From positions 1 to 64,000 of the IMG/VR virus record IMGVR_UViG_3300028422_001962: a stretch of DNA of 64,000 nucleotides. The stretch is one strand, 5' to 3'. The notes beneath the pieces were generated by a model that was given only the letters and a program-made list of their open reading frames with translations, ran no database searches and was not told the origin of the DNA. Numbering within the stretch: the first letter of the stretch is position 1; each line of letters starts with the position of its first letter. The DNA is from a virus. Both the position numbers and the translations under genes were made by a program. This document shows, in pieces, positions 8,996 through 18,124 of this stretch.

Positions 8996-10990
8996 TTAAT
9001 CTTTTTTATAAAATGGGCAATCATAACCATCGGCACGGAGTAAAAGCCCTTCAGCCCAAGGCGGTGTGCGGCTCATTTGTTCGCAGAGAACTTTGGTTGA
9101 CATTCGGGAGTCGGCTTCAATGACCATTTCATCATGGACGTGCATTACGATGTCGCAGCATCTTTGCGCCTGCATTGCGTAACAGAGGATGTCACGGCTT
9201 GTGGCCTGCACGATGTTTTCCACGAATTTGGGTCCGTAACTTTCGAGCCGTTCCCATTTCTTTGTGCCGCCAATACCTTCATAGGTCACGCAGTCCGAAC
9301 CAAACTGGTTAGAGCCGATGTGCGGCTTCACATAGGACAGCCGTCTGCCCGAAGGCAAGGTTATAAAGAGCATTCCGCTCTGCATGCCGAAGCGGATGCC
9401 ATGGGTTTCTGTGACTGTTCTGTCCCTGACTGCTTTCAAGGCCGCTTTGTCTATGTCCCACCAGAGCCGGACGATATTCGGGTTTGATGCCCGCCACGCC
9501 GTAACGAGCGGCTGCAACTCATCTTCTGAAAGCCCCATCTCCAAAGCGCCCATCGCCTTGAGCGCGCCAACCGAGCCGCCGTAGCCGAGAGCAAGTTCCG
9601 CGATTTTGCCTTTTTGCCGGAGTGGACTGCCTTTGGTGACTTCATCAATAGGGACGTGAAACATCTGACTTGCCGACGCCTCATAAATCTTGCCGTGGGT
9701 GGCAAAAACCTCGTTGCGCCAACGCTCCCCAGCAAGCCAAGCGATGACGCGGGCTTCAATAGCTGAAAAATCAGCAACCACTAATTTCGTGCCGGGCTTC
9801 GGGATGAACGACGTGCGGATTAACTCCGACAACACTTCCGGCACGGAATCGTATAACATTTCCAAAGCGGTAAAATCGCCGCTACGCACCAAAGACCGTG
9901 CCTGCTCAAGGTCGGGCAGATGGTTCTGCGGGAGGTTTTGCATTTGTATAAGCCGCCCAGCCCATCTGCCGGTGCGGTTGGCTCCGTAAAACTGGAACAT
10001 TCCACGGGCGCGCCCATCGGCGCAGACGGCATTCTCCATTGCCTGATACTTCTTGACCGAGGATTTCGCTAACTGCTGCCTAAGTGACAATGCCTTGCCG
10101 AGCGGTTCCGGGGCTGTTTTTAATAATTCCGCAACCATCTTCTTGCCGAGGGTGTCTGTTTCAAGCCCGTTGTCGGAGAGCCATTGCTTCATCTGAACCA
10201 CAGAGTTCGGATTTTCGAGTTCAGTGATTTCCTTCATGAGCCGTGTGAGTTCTGCCTTGGAGCGGGAATCGGCGGCGATAGCGTTTCTGACGAGTGTCAT
10301 ATCAACCAAAACGCCACGGTCGTTTATTTCCTGGTCGAGGGCATACTCATCCCAAAGGTTATCCGGCACGGGGAAATTAGCGAGCCGCTCCTGTATGGAC
10401 ATTTCGGCTTCCACGTCACGGCGGTTATATGCAATAAACGACGCCCATTTTTCGGGAGCGTGTTCGGGGAGATTCCGTGTCCGCTGGCTGTTGGTGGCTG
10501 TGGCGGTACACGGCTTGCAGAAGTAGCGGATGAGTTCCTTGCCTTCAGTCAGCTTCTGCTTCTCCAAACCCAAGACCGCTCCCGCGCCTTCAAGGGAAAG
10601 GGGTAAGCCCATATACGCCGACCAGACCATGCTGCACCGCCACGATTCGGGATTCAGATATTTCGCCTTGCCGAGATGCTGGGACGAGAAGTGGTTGTCG
10701 GCAAAGGGGTGAAGCCTTATGCCCATACCTGATAAGAAGCGTGATAAGCAGACCCGCTCGAAGTTGGCGTTGAAAGCCCATTTCTGCACGGTGTCATCGG
10801 ACAGGGCATCGAGGATATTTGCCGGAATACTCTCCCCATCGGCGAGAGAAATAACCTGAACCTTACCGCCGTCCACGGAGTAACCAAACAGCAGAATCTC
10901 AAAGTCCAGCGACTCGGCGTATTTATATACGCCGCATTTACTGAGGTCGGTGCTGCTGTAGGTTTCAATATCAATGCTAAGTGTCTTCAT
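8996..10990 (-). CDS. Phage DNA polymerase, family A
   Basis: IDIETYS exonuclease I motif; TGRW..QNLP; ADFSAIEARV; KIAELALGYGG; HVHDE. Confidence 0.93.
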   Translation of the reverse strand: MKTLSIDIETYSSTDLSKCGVYKYAESLDFEILLFGYSVDGGKVQVISLADGESIPANILDALSDDTVQKWAFNANFERVCLSRFLSGMGIRLHPFADNHFSSQHLGKAKYLNPESWRCSMVWSAYMGLPLSLEGAGAVLGLEKQKLTEGKELIRYFCKPCTATATNSQRTRNLPEHAPEKWASFIAYNRRDVEAEMSIQERLANFPVPDNLWDEYALDQEINDRGVLVDMTLVRNAIAADSRSKAELTRLMKEITELENPNSVVQMKQWLSDNGLETDTLGKKMVAELLKTAPEPLGKALSLRQQLAKSSVKKYQAMENAVCADGRARGMFQFYGANRTGRWAGRLIQMQNLPQNHLPDLEQARSLVRSGDFTALEMLYDSVPEVLSELIRTSFIPKPGTKLVVADFSAIEARVIAWLAGERWRNEVFATHGKIYEASASQMFHVPIDEVTKGSPLRQKGKIAELALGYGGSVGALKAMGALEMGLSEDELQPLVTAWRASNPNIVRLWWDIDKAALKAVRDRTVTETHGIRFGMQSGMLFITLPSGRRLSYVKPHIGSNQFGSDCVTYEGIGGTKKWERLESYGPKFVENIVQATSRDILCYAMQAQRCCDIVMHVHDEMVIEADSRMSTKVLCEQMSRTPPWAEGLLLRADGYDCPFYKKD

Positions 10991-11055
10991 AAGCCCTCCA
11001 TAATACGGAAGGACGGCAAGTTTCCTCACCGCCCTCCGCAGTCTGTGTAATCAGG

Positions 11056-11652
11056 TTAGCTGAGGAAGTCTTCATCGTCGTCGGTGGCGAAGTCGTCCTC
11101 GGCTCTGGGCTTCCCGCCGAGCGGATCGCCGTCGCGCAGCTTTTGAATGTTGTTCAGCCCGCAAGCGATACCCTTATTGCCGTTTGAGTTAAAAGCGTAA
11201 AAATTTACGCTGGCGCGGGCATAAACACCGCTATAAATCTCGGAGCGAACTGTGATGGGCTGCGGCTCCTGCTGGTTATCCACGATGCCCGGTGCTGTGC
11301 CGGAGTTGGCGTTCACGAAGTAGCTGTTCGCGTAGGCTTCGTCGTCAGGGCGTTCTGTGTCCCCGTCGCGCAGCGGGGTCTTGAGGACTGCGAGCGCAGG
11401 CACAGTCTTGCCGTTGCCTTTCAGTTTGGTCTCGCCCTCGCGGTATGCCGCCTCAATAGCAGCCTTAATCTTGGCGATGGTACGGGTGTCACTTTTCGGG
11501 ATAATGAGGCTGACTGAGTATTTCGGCGTGCCGCCGTTGATGGACTTCGGTTCCCACAGATTGGCGTAGGAGAGTCTTACTTCGCCCGTGATAACCTTTG
11601 TGGGGTTAGGGGCGGGATTCAGGTCTTTGCGGTTCATTGTCTGATTAGCCAT
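11056..11652 (-). CDS. DUF2815 ssDNA-binding protein (gp2.5-like)
   Basis: VRLSYAN..KYSV..PLRDGD..YSGVY..GLNNIQK; acidic tail. Confidence 0.88.
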   Translation of the reverse strand: MANQTMNRKDLNPAPNPTKVITGEVRLSYANLWEPKSINGGTPKYSVSLIIPKSDTRTIAKIKAAIEAAYREGETKLKGNGKTVPALAVLKTPLRDGDTERPDDEAYANSYFVNANSGTAPGIVDNQQEPQPITVRSEIYSGVYARASVNFYAFNSNGNKGIACGLNNIQKLRDGDPLGGKPRAEDDFATDDDEDFLS

Positions 11653-12778
11653 TGTCTTTTACCTCCATAAAATCGTCTTTAGCAGTATTGATTGCCGGAC
11701 GTTTGTCGCCCTCCGGCACGAGCGTTGGCTTGCCTTGCGGCTTCTCGACCAGTCCGCCGAGTAATTCGGAGAATCGGGCTTTGCCGAGTGCCTTTTCCAT
11801 TGCGGTGATGCCCATCACCTTGTGTTCGTAAGGGTCGTAACCCGCTGACTGTACCGTCTTTGCGACGGCGTCCTCGTTGGCATACCTGCGGTTGCTCTTG
11901 CCCTCGACAACCTTCCAACCGAACCACCGCTTACCGCCAAGAGCGGCTTGCAGGGCATAGTCCTTGATGTCGGAAGCCCAAGAGATAAGGGCGTCGATTT
12001 TGCCGAGGATGGATTCAATTTCATCGTCCTCCAACAGGGGCGGGCGGTTGAATTCCAGTTTTGCGAGTTCCATATTCCGTTCGGCGCGTTTTCTGCATTC
12101 GTACTTCGCCTTGCAGAACTGGCACCAGTCGCCGCAGTTGTACTCGCCGCCGCCTGAGTAGGCGATTTCGGCGGTGGGTTTTAAGACTTCCTCCGCCCAC
12201 TGGTACAGACTTTCTTTGAAAACCGTGTGAGTGCTGACGTTGTCACGACGGGGCTGATAGATGGTCATTGAGACCACATCGATGTCATAGATGCCGTCGA
12301 ATAACTCCAGCGCGCCCAAGGCATACAGCTTCATTTGTGGGTTGTCGACTGCGTCGACGAGTACCCCTTGCCCGTGCTTGTAGTCAACTATGTGGAGCGT
12401 GCCGTCCGCAATAATCACGCAGTCGCCGGTACCGAAGCCGCCCTCCACATATTTGGAGAAGTCGAGCCGCTGCTCTATAAGAACCACGGGATCGGCGCAG
12501 GTCTGCTTTGCCGTCTCCACCAGTTCAAGGATATAGGCGGCATAACCTGTGGCACATTCGTCCATCTCCTCTGAGTAGCGGGTCAGGATTGAGGACGGGT
12601 CTTTCGCCTTAATGCCGAGCGCTGTTTTCAGCTTATACTCGCCAAGGGTATGGGCTTCTGTGCCTTCAACGGCATAGTCGCTGCCTTTATCCTCGTACTG
12701 CTCGCAGAGCCTTGCCGATGGAGGGCAATTTAACCACCTATGGCTTGAGGAAGCTGAGAGGAGAGCGTGTTTACCCAT
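11645..12778 (-). CDS. DUF2800 Cas4-like PD-(D/E)XK nuclease
   Basis: HALLSASSSHRW.NCP; GTEAH; FGTGD..IVDYKHG; Q..LYA; C..C..C cluster. Confidence 0.88.
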   Translation of the reverse strand: MGKHALLSASSSHRWLNCPPSARLCEQYEDKGSDYAVEGTEAHTLGEYKLKTALGIKAKDPSSILTRYSEEMDECATGYAAYILELVETAKQTCADPVVLIEQRLDFSKYVEGGFGTGDCVIIADGTLHIVDYKHGQGVLVDAVDNPQMKLYALGALELFDGIYDIDVVSMTIYQPRRDNVSTHTVFKESLYQWAEEVLKPTAEIAYSGGGEYNCGDWCQFCKAKYECRKRAERNMELAKLEFNRPPLLEDDEIESILGKIDALISWASDIKDYALQAALGGKRWFGWKVVEGKSNRRYANEDAVAKTVQSAGYDPYEHKVMGITAMEKALGKARFSELLGGLVEKPQGKPTLVPEGDKRPAINTAKDDFMEVKDNG

Positions 12779-13130
12779 CTTCGCCCTCCCCAAGCCCGAT
12801 GGTGGCGGCTTCCCCAAGCAGGGTCTCAAACTCCGCAGGGTTAATCTCCGAAAGCTTTGTCGCACCGTGCTTTAGGAGCAGTTCCCGCACATCGGCGGTG
12901 TGGCCGCTTCGGGATTTTTCTGCGAGAACTGCCCGCACCTGCTCCAGCGTGACAGGCTTTGTCTTTGCCTTGGCCTCGGATTTTGCAGATGGCGTCGACA
13001 CTTTTGCCTCAGTGTCCGCATTACCGTTTCCGCTGAATAATGCCGTCAAGCTGTCAGCCACCGCAGTCAGCGACTGTGCGGCATTTCGCAACTCACCGAT
13101 GCAGAGGTCGAGTTCACTCATCTTGCTCAT
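12771..13130 (-). CDS. Conserved phage early protein
   Basis: VTLEQVRAVLAEKSRSG..VRELLLKHGA.KLS motif typical of this phage module. Confidence 0.7.
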   Translation of the reverse strand: MSKMSELDLCIGELRNAAQSLTAVADSLTALFSGNGNADTEAKVSTPSAKSEAKAKTKPVTLEQVRAVLAEKSRSGHTADVRELLLKHGATKLSEINPAEFETLLGEAATIGLGEGEDG

Positions 13131-13296
13131 CTTGGTTTCCTCCTTCCCCGGTTGTCTCGTCCCGCTTTTGAAGCGCGAGCAGCTTCTTGGCGAGGCGCTT
13201 GGACACGATGCTTATCGCCGTCAGGATACCTGCGAGTTCTTCGTTAAGGTCGTCGTCGCGCAAGTCTGTGTCCGTGTTTTTTGCCTTTGTTTCCAT
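13114..13296 (-). CDS. Small phage early protein
   Basis: EELAGILTAISIVSKRLAKKL; RBS GGAGG; first gene after the repeated promoter. Confidence 0.65.
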   Translation of the reverse strand: METKAKNTDTDLRDDDLNEELAGILTAISIVSKRLAKKLLALQKRDETTGEGGNQDEQDE

Positions 13297-13331
13297 TGGT
13301 CTACCTCCGTTTCTGAGGGAGGTTTGCTCCC

Positions 13332-13370
13332 CTCACCATCCACAGGACAGCAAGGGGAGGTTTGGCAACC
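13332..13370 (-). promoter_or_regulatory. Phage-sigma-type promoter, copy 2
   Basis: Same two boxes and 10-bp spacer as 8951-8989. Confidence 0.6.
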
Positions 13371-13387
13371 GGGGATTGGGCGTTTTT

Positions 13388-13849
13388 TTATTTCACACCC
13401 ATAATGCTGCGCAGTTTTTCAATGACCTTCTGTTTGCGTTTGCCTACCGCTTGATGCGAGATGCCGACTTCGGAGGCGTAGTCCCGTTCGGTGCGGTCGT
13501 TATAAAAGAGCGCACTGATGAGCGATCTTTCGTCCGGGTCTAAATCATCAAGGGCATCCACAAGCTGTTCGAGAAGCAGCTTGTCCGCCACCAGTTCTGC
13601 CAAATCCACTGAATCGGCGACTTCGTAGCCTTCATCATTGAACTTGTCGAGGGAGAGGATGCTGCCCTCACGGGACTTTTCGCAGGTGCGGCAGTCCTTG
13701 GTGCAGCGGAAGCCGTTCTCATCACGGCATCTTTTAGCGCGTTCCTTGCGCTTGTGTTCCGCCCAGAGTGGGCGTTTGTAGGCTCTGTAAACTTCTTCCG
13801 TGACGGGGATTTGCTCGCTGTCAATTTCGATAAAGCATTGATTTTCCAT
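13388..13849 (-). CDS. Sigma-70 region-4 (ECF-like) phage transcription factor
   Basis: VTEEVYRAY; C..C..C..C; LSLD; TERDYASEVGISHQAVGKRK HTH. Confidence 0.85.
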   Translation of the reverse strand: MENQCFIEIDSEQIPVTEEVYRAYKRPLWAEHKRKERAKRCRDENGFRCTKDCRTCEKSREGSILSLDKFNDEGYEVADSVDLAELVADKLLLEQLVDALDDLDPDERSLISALFYNDRTERDYASEVGISHQAVGKRKQKVIEKLRSIMGVK

Positions 13850-13979
13850 GTTCGACTCCTTAGAAATTTAGATTTTTGTTGCTCTCATGAGCAGTGAGAG
13901 CGGGTTAGTACGACCACCAAAAAGGCGGCCGGGCGAGAGTGTACATTGGCACGGCGTGCCTCCTTGGGGTGGGGGAAAC

Positions 13980-14028
13980 AAAAAAACGACCGCGAGAACA
14001 GCCCCTTTGGGACTGTCCGCACGGTCGT
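13980..14028 (-). terminator. Intrinsic terminator upstream of sigma gene
   Basis: ACGACCG...CGGTCGT hairpin followed by a T-run on the minus strand. Confidence 0.6.
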
Positions 14029-14059
14029 CTAAGCAATCTGGCGGTGAACTTTTTGATTT

Positions 14060-14257
14060 TTAGCTCAGCAGGCTATCCTGTGATGGAATCACGATGGCTT
14101 CAGGCGGGCTATCTCCCGCTTTATACCTCAATGTACATCCTTCTTTTGGGAGAGGGGTCTGCCGGATGTTTTTGCCGTCAATTGTAGTAATTGTGTAGGT
14201 ACAGACATCCAATGTGCCGTACAGTTTGCCTTTCGGCGTTCGGATTTCTTTCGTCAT
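14060..14257 (-). CDS. Small hypothetical protein
   Basis: MTKEIRTPKGKLYG; RBS AGGAAG. Confidence 0.55.
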   Translation of the reverse strand: MTKEIRTPKGKLYGTLDVCTYTITTIDGKNIRQTPLPKEGCTLRYKAGDSPPEAIVIPSQDSLLS

Positions 14258-14275
14258 AAACAACTTCCTTTCTAT

Positions 14276-14320
14276 AAAAACAGCCGGATGCATCACGATT
14301 AACTCGTAACACATCCGGCC
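14276..14320 (-). terminator. Intrinsic terminator after zinc-finger gene
   Basis: GCCGGATG...CATCCGGC stem followed by TGTTTTT on minus. Confidence 0.55.
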
Positions 14321-14360
14321 ATTTGGTCACTCACATTCGGTGCCGTTGCTCGGTATGGTT

Positions 14361-14516
14361 TTAAACTGCGTTCTTTTTGGGTGAAGAGTTCGAATTTCGC
14401 TCTATAGATACGATGTTGCGGCAGTGAATACATTTGATTTTTATAGTCGTGCGCCCCTGCCATTCGAGGTCAAAAATTCGTTTTTTGCAGTTAGGACATT
14501 TGACCGTCTCTTGCAT
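14361..14516 (-). CDS. 51-aa Com-like zinc-ribbon protein
   Basis: Hand translation MQETVKCPNCKKRIFD...IKIKCIHCRNIV; RBS AGGAGG; below ORF-track cutoff. Confidence 0.75.
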   Translation of the reverse strand: MQETVKCPNCKKRIFDLEWQGRTTIKIKCIHCRNIVSIERNSNSSPKKNAV

Positions 14517-14595
14517 ATTTACCTCCTTTCACGCAAAATAGCAAATTAGCTAATATGCGAAGTTATTAGCTAAAAAAATACAGTCTCCTTTGTTG

Positions 14596-15306
14596 TTATT
14601 CGCGCAAATAATAGCCTCGCTCGCCGAGACGAATTTCTACGGACTGCTTAGAGACCTGAAAGAAGTTCGCTAAGCTGTTAACGACTGCACGATGCAGATA
14701 CCACCCCCCGCAAGTGCCAGCTTTATGCGAATGCTCCTCAATATATCGAGTTGTCATTTCATCAAACTGTTCAGGCGGCATAAGGATGCGCGGAGCGATG
14801 CCTCTTGCCTGCCACTCCATCCAGTCCTCGTCAGACCAGTTCGCCTTGTTGGATTCATTATATGCCGCAAAATCACTTCGAATTTTTACCGTCGTTTTAG
14901 GGTCGACTACAGAAATTGCAATATGATAGTCGCGATGTTTATGCCAATGAAAAGCTTCGTGAGCGATTGTGTTGTTCTTACACCCCTCGTTGCGATTGGC
15001 GATGGTATCAGGGTCGATAATCATCGTTCCATACCGTGCTTTTACCATTTTGTACGAACCATCGTCTTTGTCATAAATCTCGGTCAGACCGCTTGTAAAA
15101 CACATTTGACCGAGAACACTAAAATCCTCGGTTAGCCGTTTCTCGACAACGCGCAATCCCATGCGATGGCGGGCAACATACAGGATTGGCACCGCCATTG
15201 GGCGTATCAAAGCTTCCGGATAATACTTTTTCAGAAACTCCAAAGCTTCTTTATCAAATTCATCCCGACAGATGTGCGGAGCATTTGACGCAAGTAGCAC
15301 AGACAT
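14596..15306 (-). CDS. ImmA/IrrE-family metallopeptidase
   Basis: TIAHEAFHW; EWQA..IAPRILMP; LANFFQVSKQS..IRL. Confidence 0.88.
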   Translation of the reverse strand: MSVLLASNAPHICRDEFDKEALEFLKKYYPEALIRPMAVPILYVARHRMGLRVVEKRLTEDFSVLGQMCFTSGLTEIYDKDDGSYKMVKARYGTMIIDPDTIANRNEGCKNNTIAHEAFHWHKHRDYHIAISVVDPKTTVKIRSDFAAYNESNKANWSDEDWMEWQARGIAPRILMPPEQFDEMTTRYIEEHSHKAGTCGGWYLHRAVVNSLANFFQVSKQSVEIRLGERGYYLRE

Positions 15307-15322
15307 ATAATCCCTCCCAAAC

Positions 15323-15715
15323 CTATGGTTGTTTATCTTCCTTACTGATGTCGTCAAGTACCTTTTTCCAAAAGTCGTCGCCAAGATTTTTCTCATTTGC
15401 ACGGCGCAGAGCCTTTCGGACGTGGGGTAATTGTGTGGACATCAAATATTCGGGCAAATCAGGAGCCGCGGTATCCCTTTCTCGCCCCGCAAGGTCGAGC
15501 ATCTCTTCTTTTTCATCGGGCGTAAGTTGTAAAACAACTGCAATTTTTTCGAGAATCTGCATTTCTGGCGGGTTTCGCCTGCCTTTGACGATATCCGATA
15601 GGTACGACGCCGTCATGCCCATTGCATCGGCAATGTCCTTTAGTTTGATATCTTCGCCACCGATGCCACGACCTTTTCTCTTGTTGTCGATATATGCGCC
15701 AAATTCTCCTGCCAT
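15323..15715 (-). CDS. Xre-family repressor (ImmR-like)
   Basis: FGAYI..LKDIADAMGMTASYLSDIVKGRRNPP. Confidence 0.9.
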   Translation of the reverse strand: MAGEFGAYIDNKRKGRGIGGEDIKLKDIADAMGMTASYLSDIVKGRRNPPEMQILEKIAVVLQLTPDEKEEMLDLAGRERDTAAPDLPEYLMSTQLPHVRKALRRANEKNLGDDFWKKVLDDISKEDKQP

Positions 15716-15754
15716 AGCCTTTCTCCTTTCCGCTTACGGCATCGTTGCCGTACA

Positions 15755-15811
15755 GCATATCAGCAAATTCGCTGATATGCGTATTATATCATGTGCTGAA
15801 AAAGATGTCAA
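15755..15811 (-). promoter_or_regulatory. Consensus sigmaA promoter plus operator palindrome for the repressor
   Basis: TTGACA-17-TATAAT on minus (15811-15783); GCATATCAGC-N6-GCTGATATGC (15755-15780); related site at ~14539-14560. Confidence 0.8.
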
Positions 15812-16167
15812 GTCATATTTTGATTGTACTCAATTGTAAAGTAAAAATCTATACCCACTAAAAATACAACAGTAAAAACACCTTTAAAAACAAACTTTCA
15901 GATATATCGCATTTCACTTTACAAAAATATATTTATTCATGGGAAGAAAGACAATTTGGCTTTCTTCCCATATTAACAACAAAGCAGAAAACAGATGGCA
16001 TGTCAAGGGCGACGAAGTCGTATATTTACCCTTGATATGTCATTTGTTTTCTGCTACAAGACTTTCGAAAATTTGGTATAATAGTTTTTGAAGCAGTAAG
16101 CACTGCTTCACCACAAGCGGTGCTTACTTTTGTGCTACAAGGTATTCCGTAAGAAAGGAATAATACC

Positions 16168-17457
16168 ATGTCTAATTATACCACATTTGATGAAAGAATG
16201 GAAATTGAAAATATGTTAGCCAAGAATTTTTCGTTTGGAGAAATGGCACGCTGGCTTAACAAAGACCGTTCTACAATTTCCAGAGAGGTCAAAAATCACT
16301 CTCTTACAGAGAAAACAGGTTATTCATCAATATCATTTAATTGTTGTAAAAATCGTTTAGATTGCGTAAAAATGCACGTCTGTAATATATGCAGCAGACA
16401 ATCTGCTAAGAATTGCCGTACTTGTAGCAAGTGCAATGATAACTGCTCAGATTTTGAGGAAGAAGTTTGTATTACAAGATTAAAACCGCCCTATGTTTGT
16501 AATGGTTGCGATGAAAAAAGCCGCTGTACTCTTGTTAAAACTATGTATCGAGCCACTGATGCTCACAAATTGGCAAAGAGTAAAATATCACAGTCCAGGC
16601 GTGGAATATTGACCACAGAACAAGAACTTAACCGACTAAATGAGCTTGTAACACCATTAATCTTGCAAGGTAACTCGCTGCATCAAATCTATGTAAACAA
16701 TATCGATAGCTTAATGTGTAGTGAGAAAACCTTGTACAATTACATAGATAACTGTTTCTTTGACGCTCGCAATATTGATTTACCTCGTAAAGTGCGTTAT
16801 CGTCCACGCAAAAAGAAACAAGAATTTAAGGTGGATAGAGGCTGTTATGTTAATCGCACATACGAATTGTATCAAAAGTATTTAGAAAATCACCCAAGCC
16901 AAAATCCAGTGCAAATGGATACTGTAATAGGCTCTATTGGTGGCAAAACCTTGCTAACTATACATTTCCCTAACACCAACTTTATGCTTGCGTTCTTGCG
17001 TAATAACAATACTTCACAGTCGGTAATCGATGTTTTTGATTATTTGTACTCTAAACTTGGCAGAAAGCTGTTTGAAAAGGCATTTCCTGTTATTTTAACC
17101 GATAGAGGCTCTGAATTTTCAAATCCATCAGCAATAGAAAGAGATACCAGTGGTATTCACAGAACGAATGTATATTTCTGCGACCCTAATGCACCGTTTC
17201 AAAAAGGTGCAATTGAGGTTAATCACGAGCTAATTCGTAGAATACTGCCAAAAGGCACTTCTTTTGACAACTTAACGCAATCACAGATTGATTTAATGAT
17301 GTGCCATATCAATTCTTACAGAAGAAAAAAGCTTGGTAACAAATCTCCATTTGAAGCTTTTGAGTTCTACTACGGCACTGAACTTTTCGATAAATTAGGC
17401 TACAACCCTATACCTGCCAACAGCGTTATGTTGACGCCAAAACTATTTAAAAGATAA
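16168..17457 (+). CDS. IS30-family transposase with Cys-rich insertion
   Basis: HTH STISREV; QMDTV, LTDRGSEF, QKGAIE..HELIRRILPKG DDE motifs. Confidence 0.93.
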   Translation: MSNYTTFDERMEIENMLAKNFSFGEMARWLNKDRSTISREVKNHSLTEKTGYSSISFNCCKNRLDCVKMHVCNICSRQSAKNCRTCSKCNDNCSDFEEEVCITRLKPPYVCNGCDEKSRCTLVKTMYRATDAHKLAKSKISQSRRGILTTEQELNRLNELVTPLILQGNSLHQIYVNNIDSLMCSEKTLYNYIDNCFFDARNIDLPRKVRYRPRKKKQEFKVDRGCYVNRTYELYQKYLENHPSQNPVQMDTVIGSIGGKTLLTIHFPNTNFMLAFLRNNNTSQSVIDVFDYLYSKLGRKLFEKAFPVILTDRGSEFSNPSAIERDTSGIHRTNVYFCDPNAPFQKGAIEVNHELIRRILPKGTSFDNLTQSQIDLMMCHINSYRRKKLGNKSPFEAFEFYYGTELFDKLGYNPIPANSVMLTPKLFKR

Positions 17458-17600
17458 CTAAAAACAACGACGTGGGATACCTAATATTGTGGTGATTTAG
17501 GGGTAGATGTTTGGATTACAAAAAACTTTGCAATTTAGTCTATCTCTGTTTCAGTGCGTTGTTTTTTAATTTCCATAGGACAAAAAAGAAGTGCAAGTGT

Positions 17601-17740
17601 TGCGTTTTACTTGCTAATCGTGCGTTTCGTTTACAAAACTTGCATTTCACTTACAAATCGTGCATTTGAGATTACAAACTTGCATCTCATTTACAAATGT
17701 TGCGTTTCACTTTTCAAATGCGACATTTCGTTTTACAATT
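17601..17740 (+). repeat. Seven degenerate ~20-bp tandem repeats inside the IS right end
   Basis: Units TGC(A/G)TTTCACTTACAAA-like at 17601, 17621, 17641, 17661, 17681, 17701 and ~17722. Confidence 0.8.
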
Positions 17741-17826
17741 CAGCATATTTTGATTGTACAACGTAGTAATTCAAAATATAATTCAATAGATAGCAACTAA
17801 AATTCATGACTTCTCAGCATTTACTC

Positions 17827-17855
17827 TTGCAATAATTTGTCGAAAGGGTTATAAT
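17827..17855 (+). promoter_or_regulatory. sigmaA promoter of the defence operon
   Basis: TTGCAA-17-TATAAT. Confidence 0.65.
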
Positions 17856-17903
17856 AAACAATAGACTTTTACACACTATGAAACCTGAAGGCGAGGTAAT
17901 CAA

Positions 17904-18110
17904 ATGGCTATAAGTTATAAAAGGCTATGGAAACTCCTAATTGATCGTGACCTAAAAAAGAAAGACCTGCCATCTTTGGCAGGTATCAGTTCTGCATCGG
18001 TCACAAAATTAGGAAAAAATGAAAATGTAAATACAGAAATTCTTGAAAAAATATGCCGAGCGTTAGATTGTGACATCTCCGATATTATGGAGATGACTGA
18101 AGACCAATAA
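17904..18110 (+). CDS. HTH_26/Xre regulator
   Basis: ISYKRLWKLLIDR..LEKICRALDC. Confidence 0.9.
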   Translation: MAISYKRLWKLLIDRDLKKKDLPSLAGISSASVTKLGKNENVNTEILEKICRALDCDISDIMEMTEDQ

Positions 18111-18124
18111 AGGAGCTACTTGCT

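Larger units (their letters stand above)
15829..17743 (+). mobile_element. IS30-family insertion sequence (~1.9 kb)
   Basis: Ends CTCAATTGTAAA / TTTACAATTCAG; flanking direct repeat CATATTTTGATTGTA at 15814-15828 and 17744-17758; low GC. Confidence 0.88.

Noticed and set aside
11645-12778. Cas4 as evidence of CRISPR-Cas
   Set aside because: Solo DUF2800 nuclease is a standard part of this phage replication module
17601-17740. Possible CRISPR array
   Set aside because: Degenerate 20-bp units without spacers, inside IS ends; no cas operon
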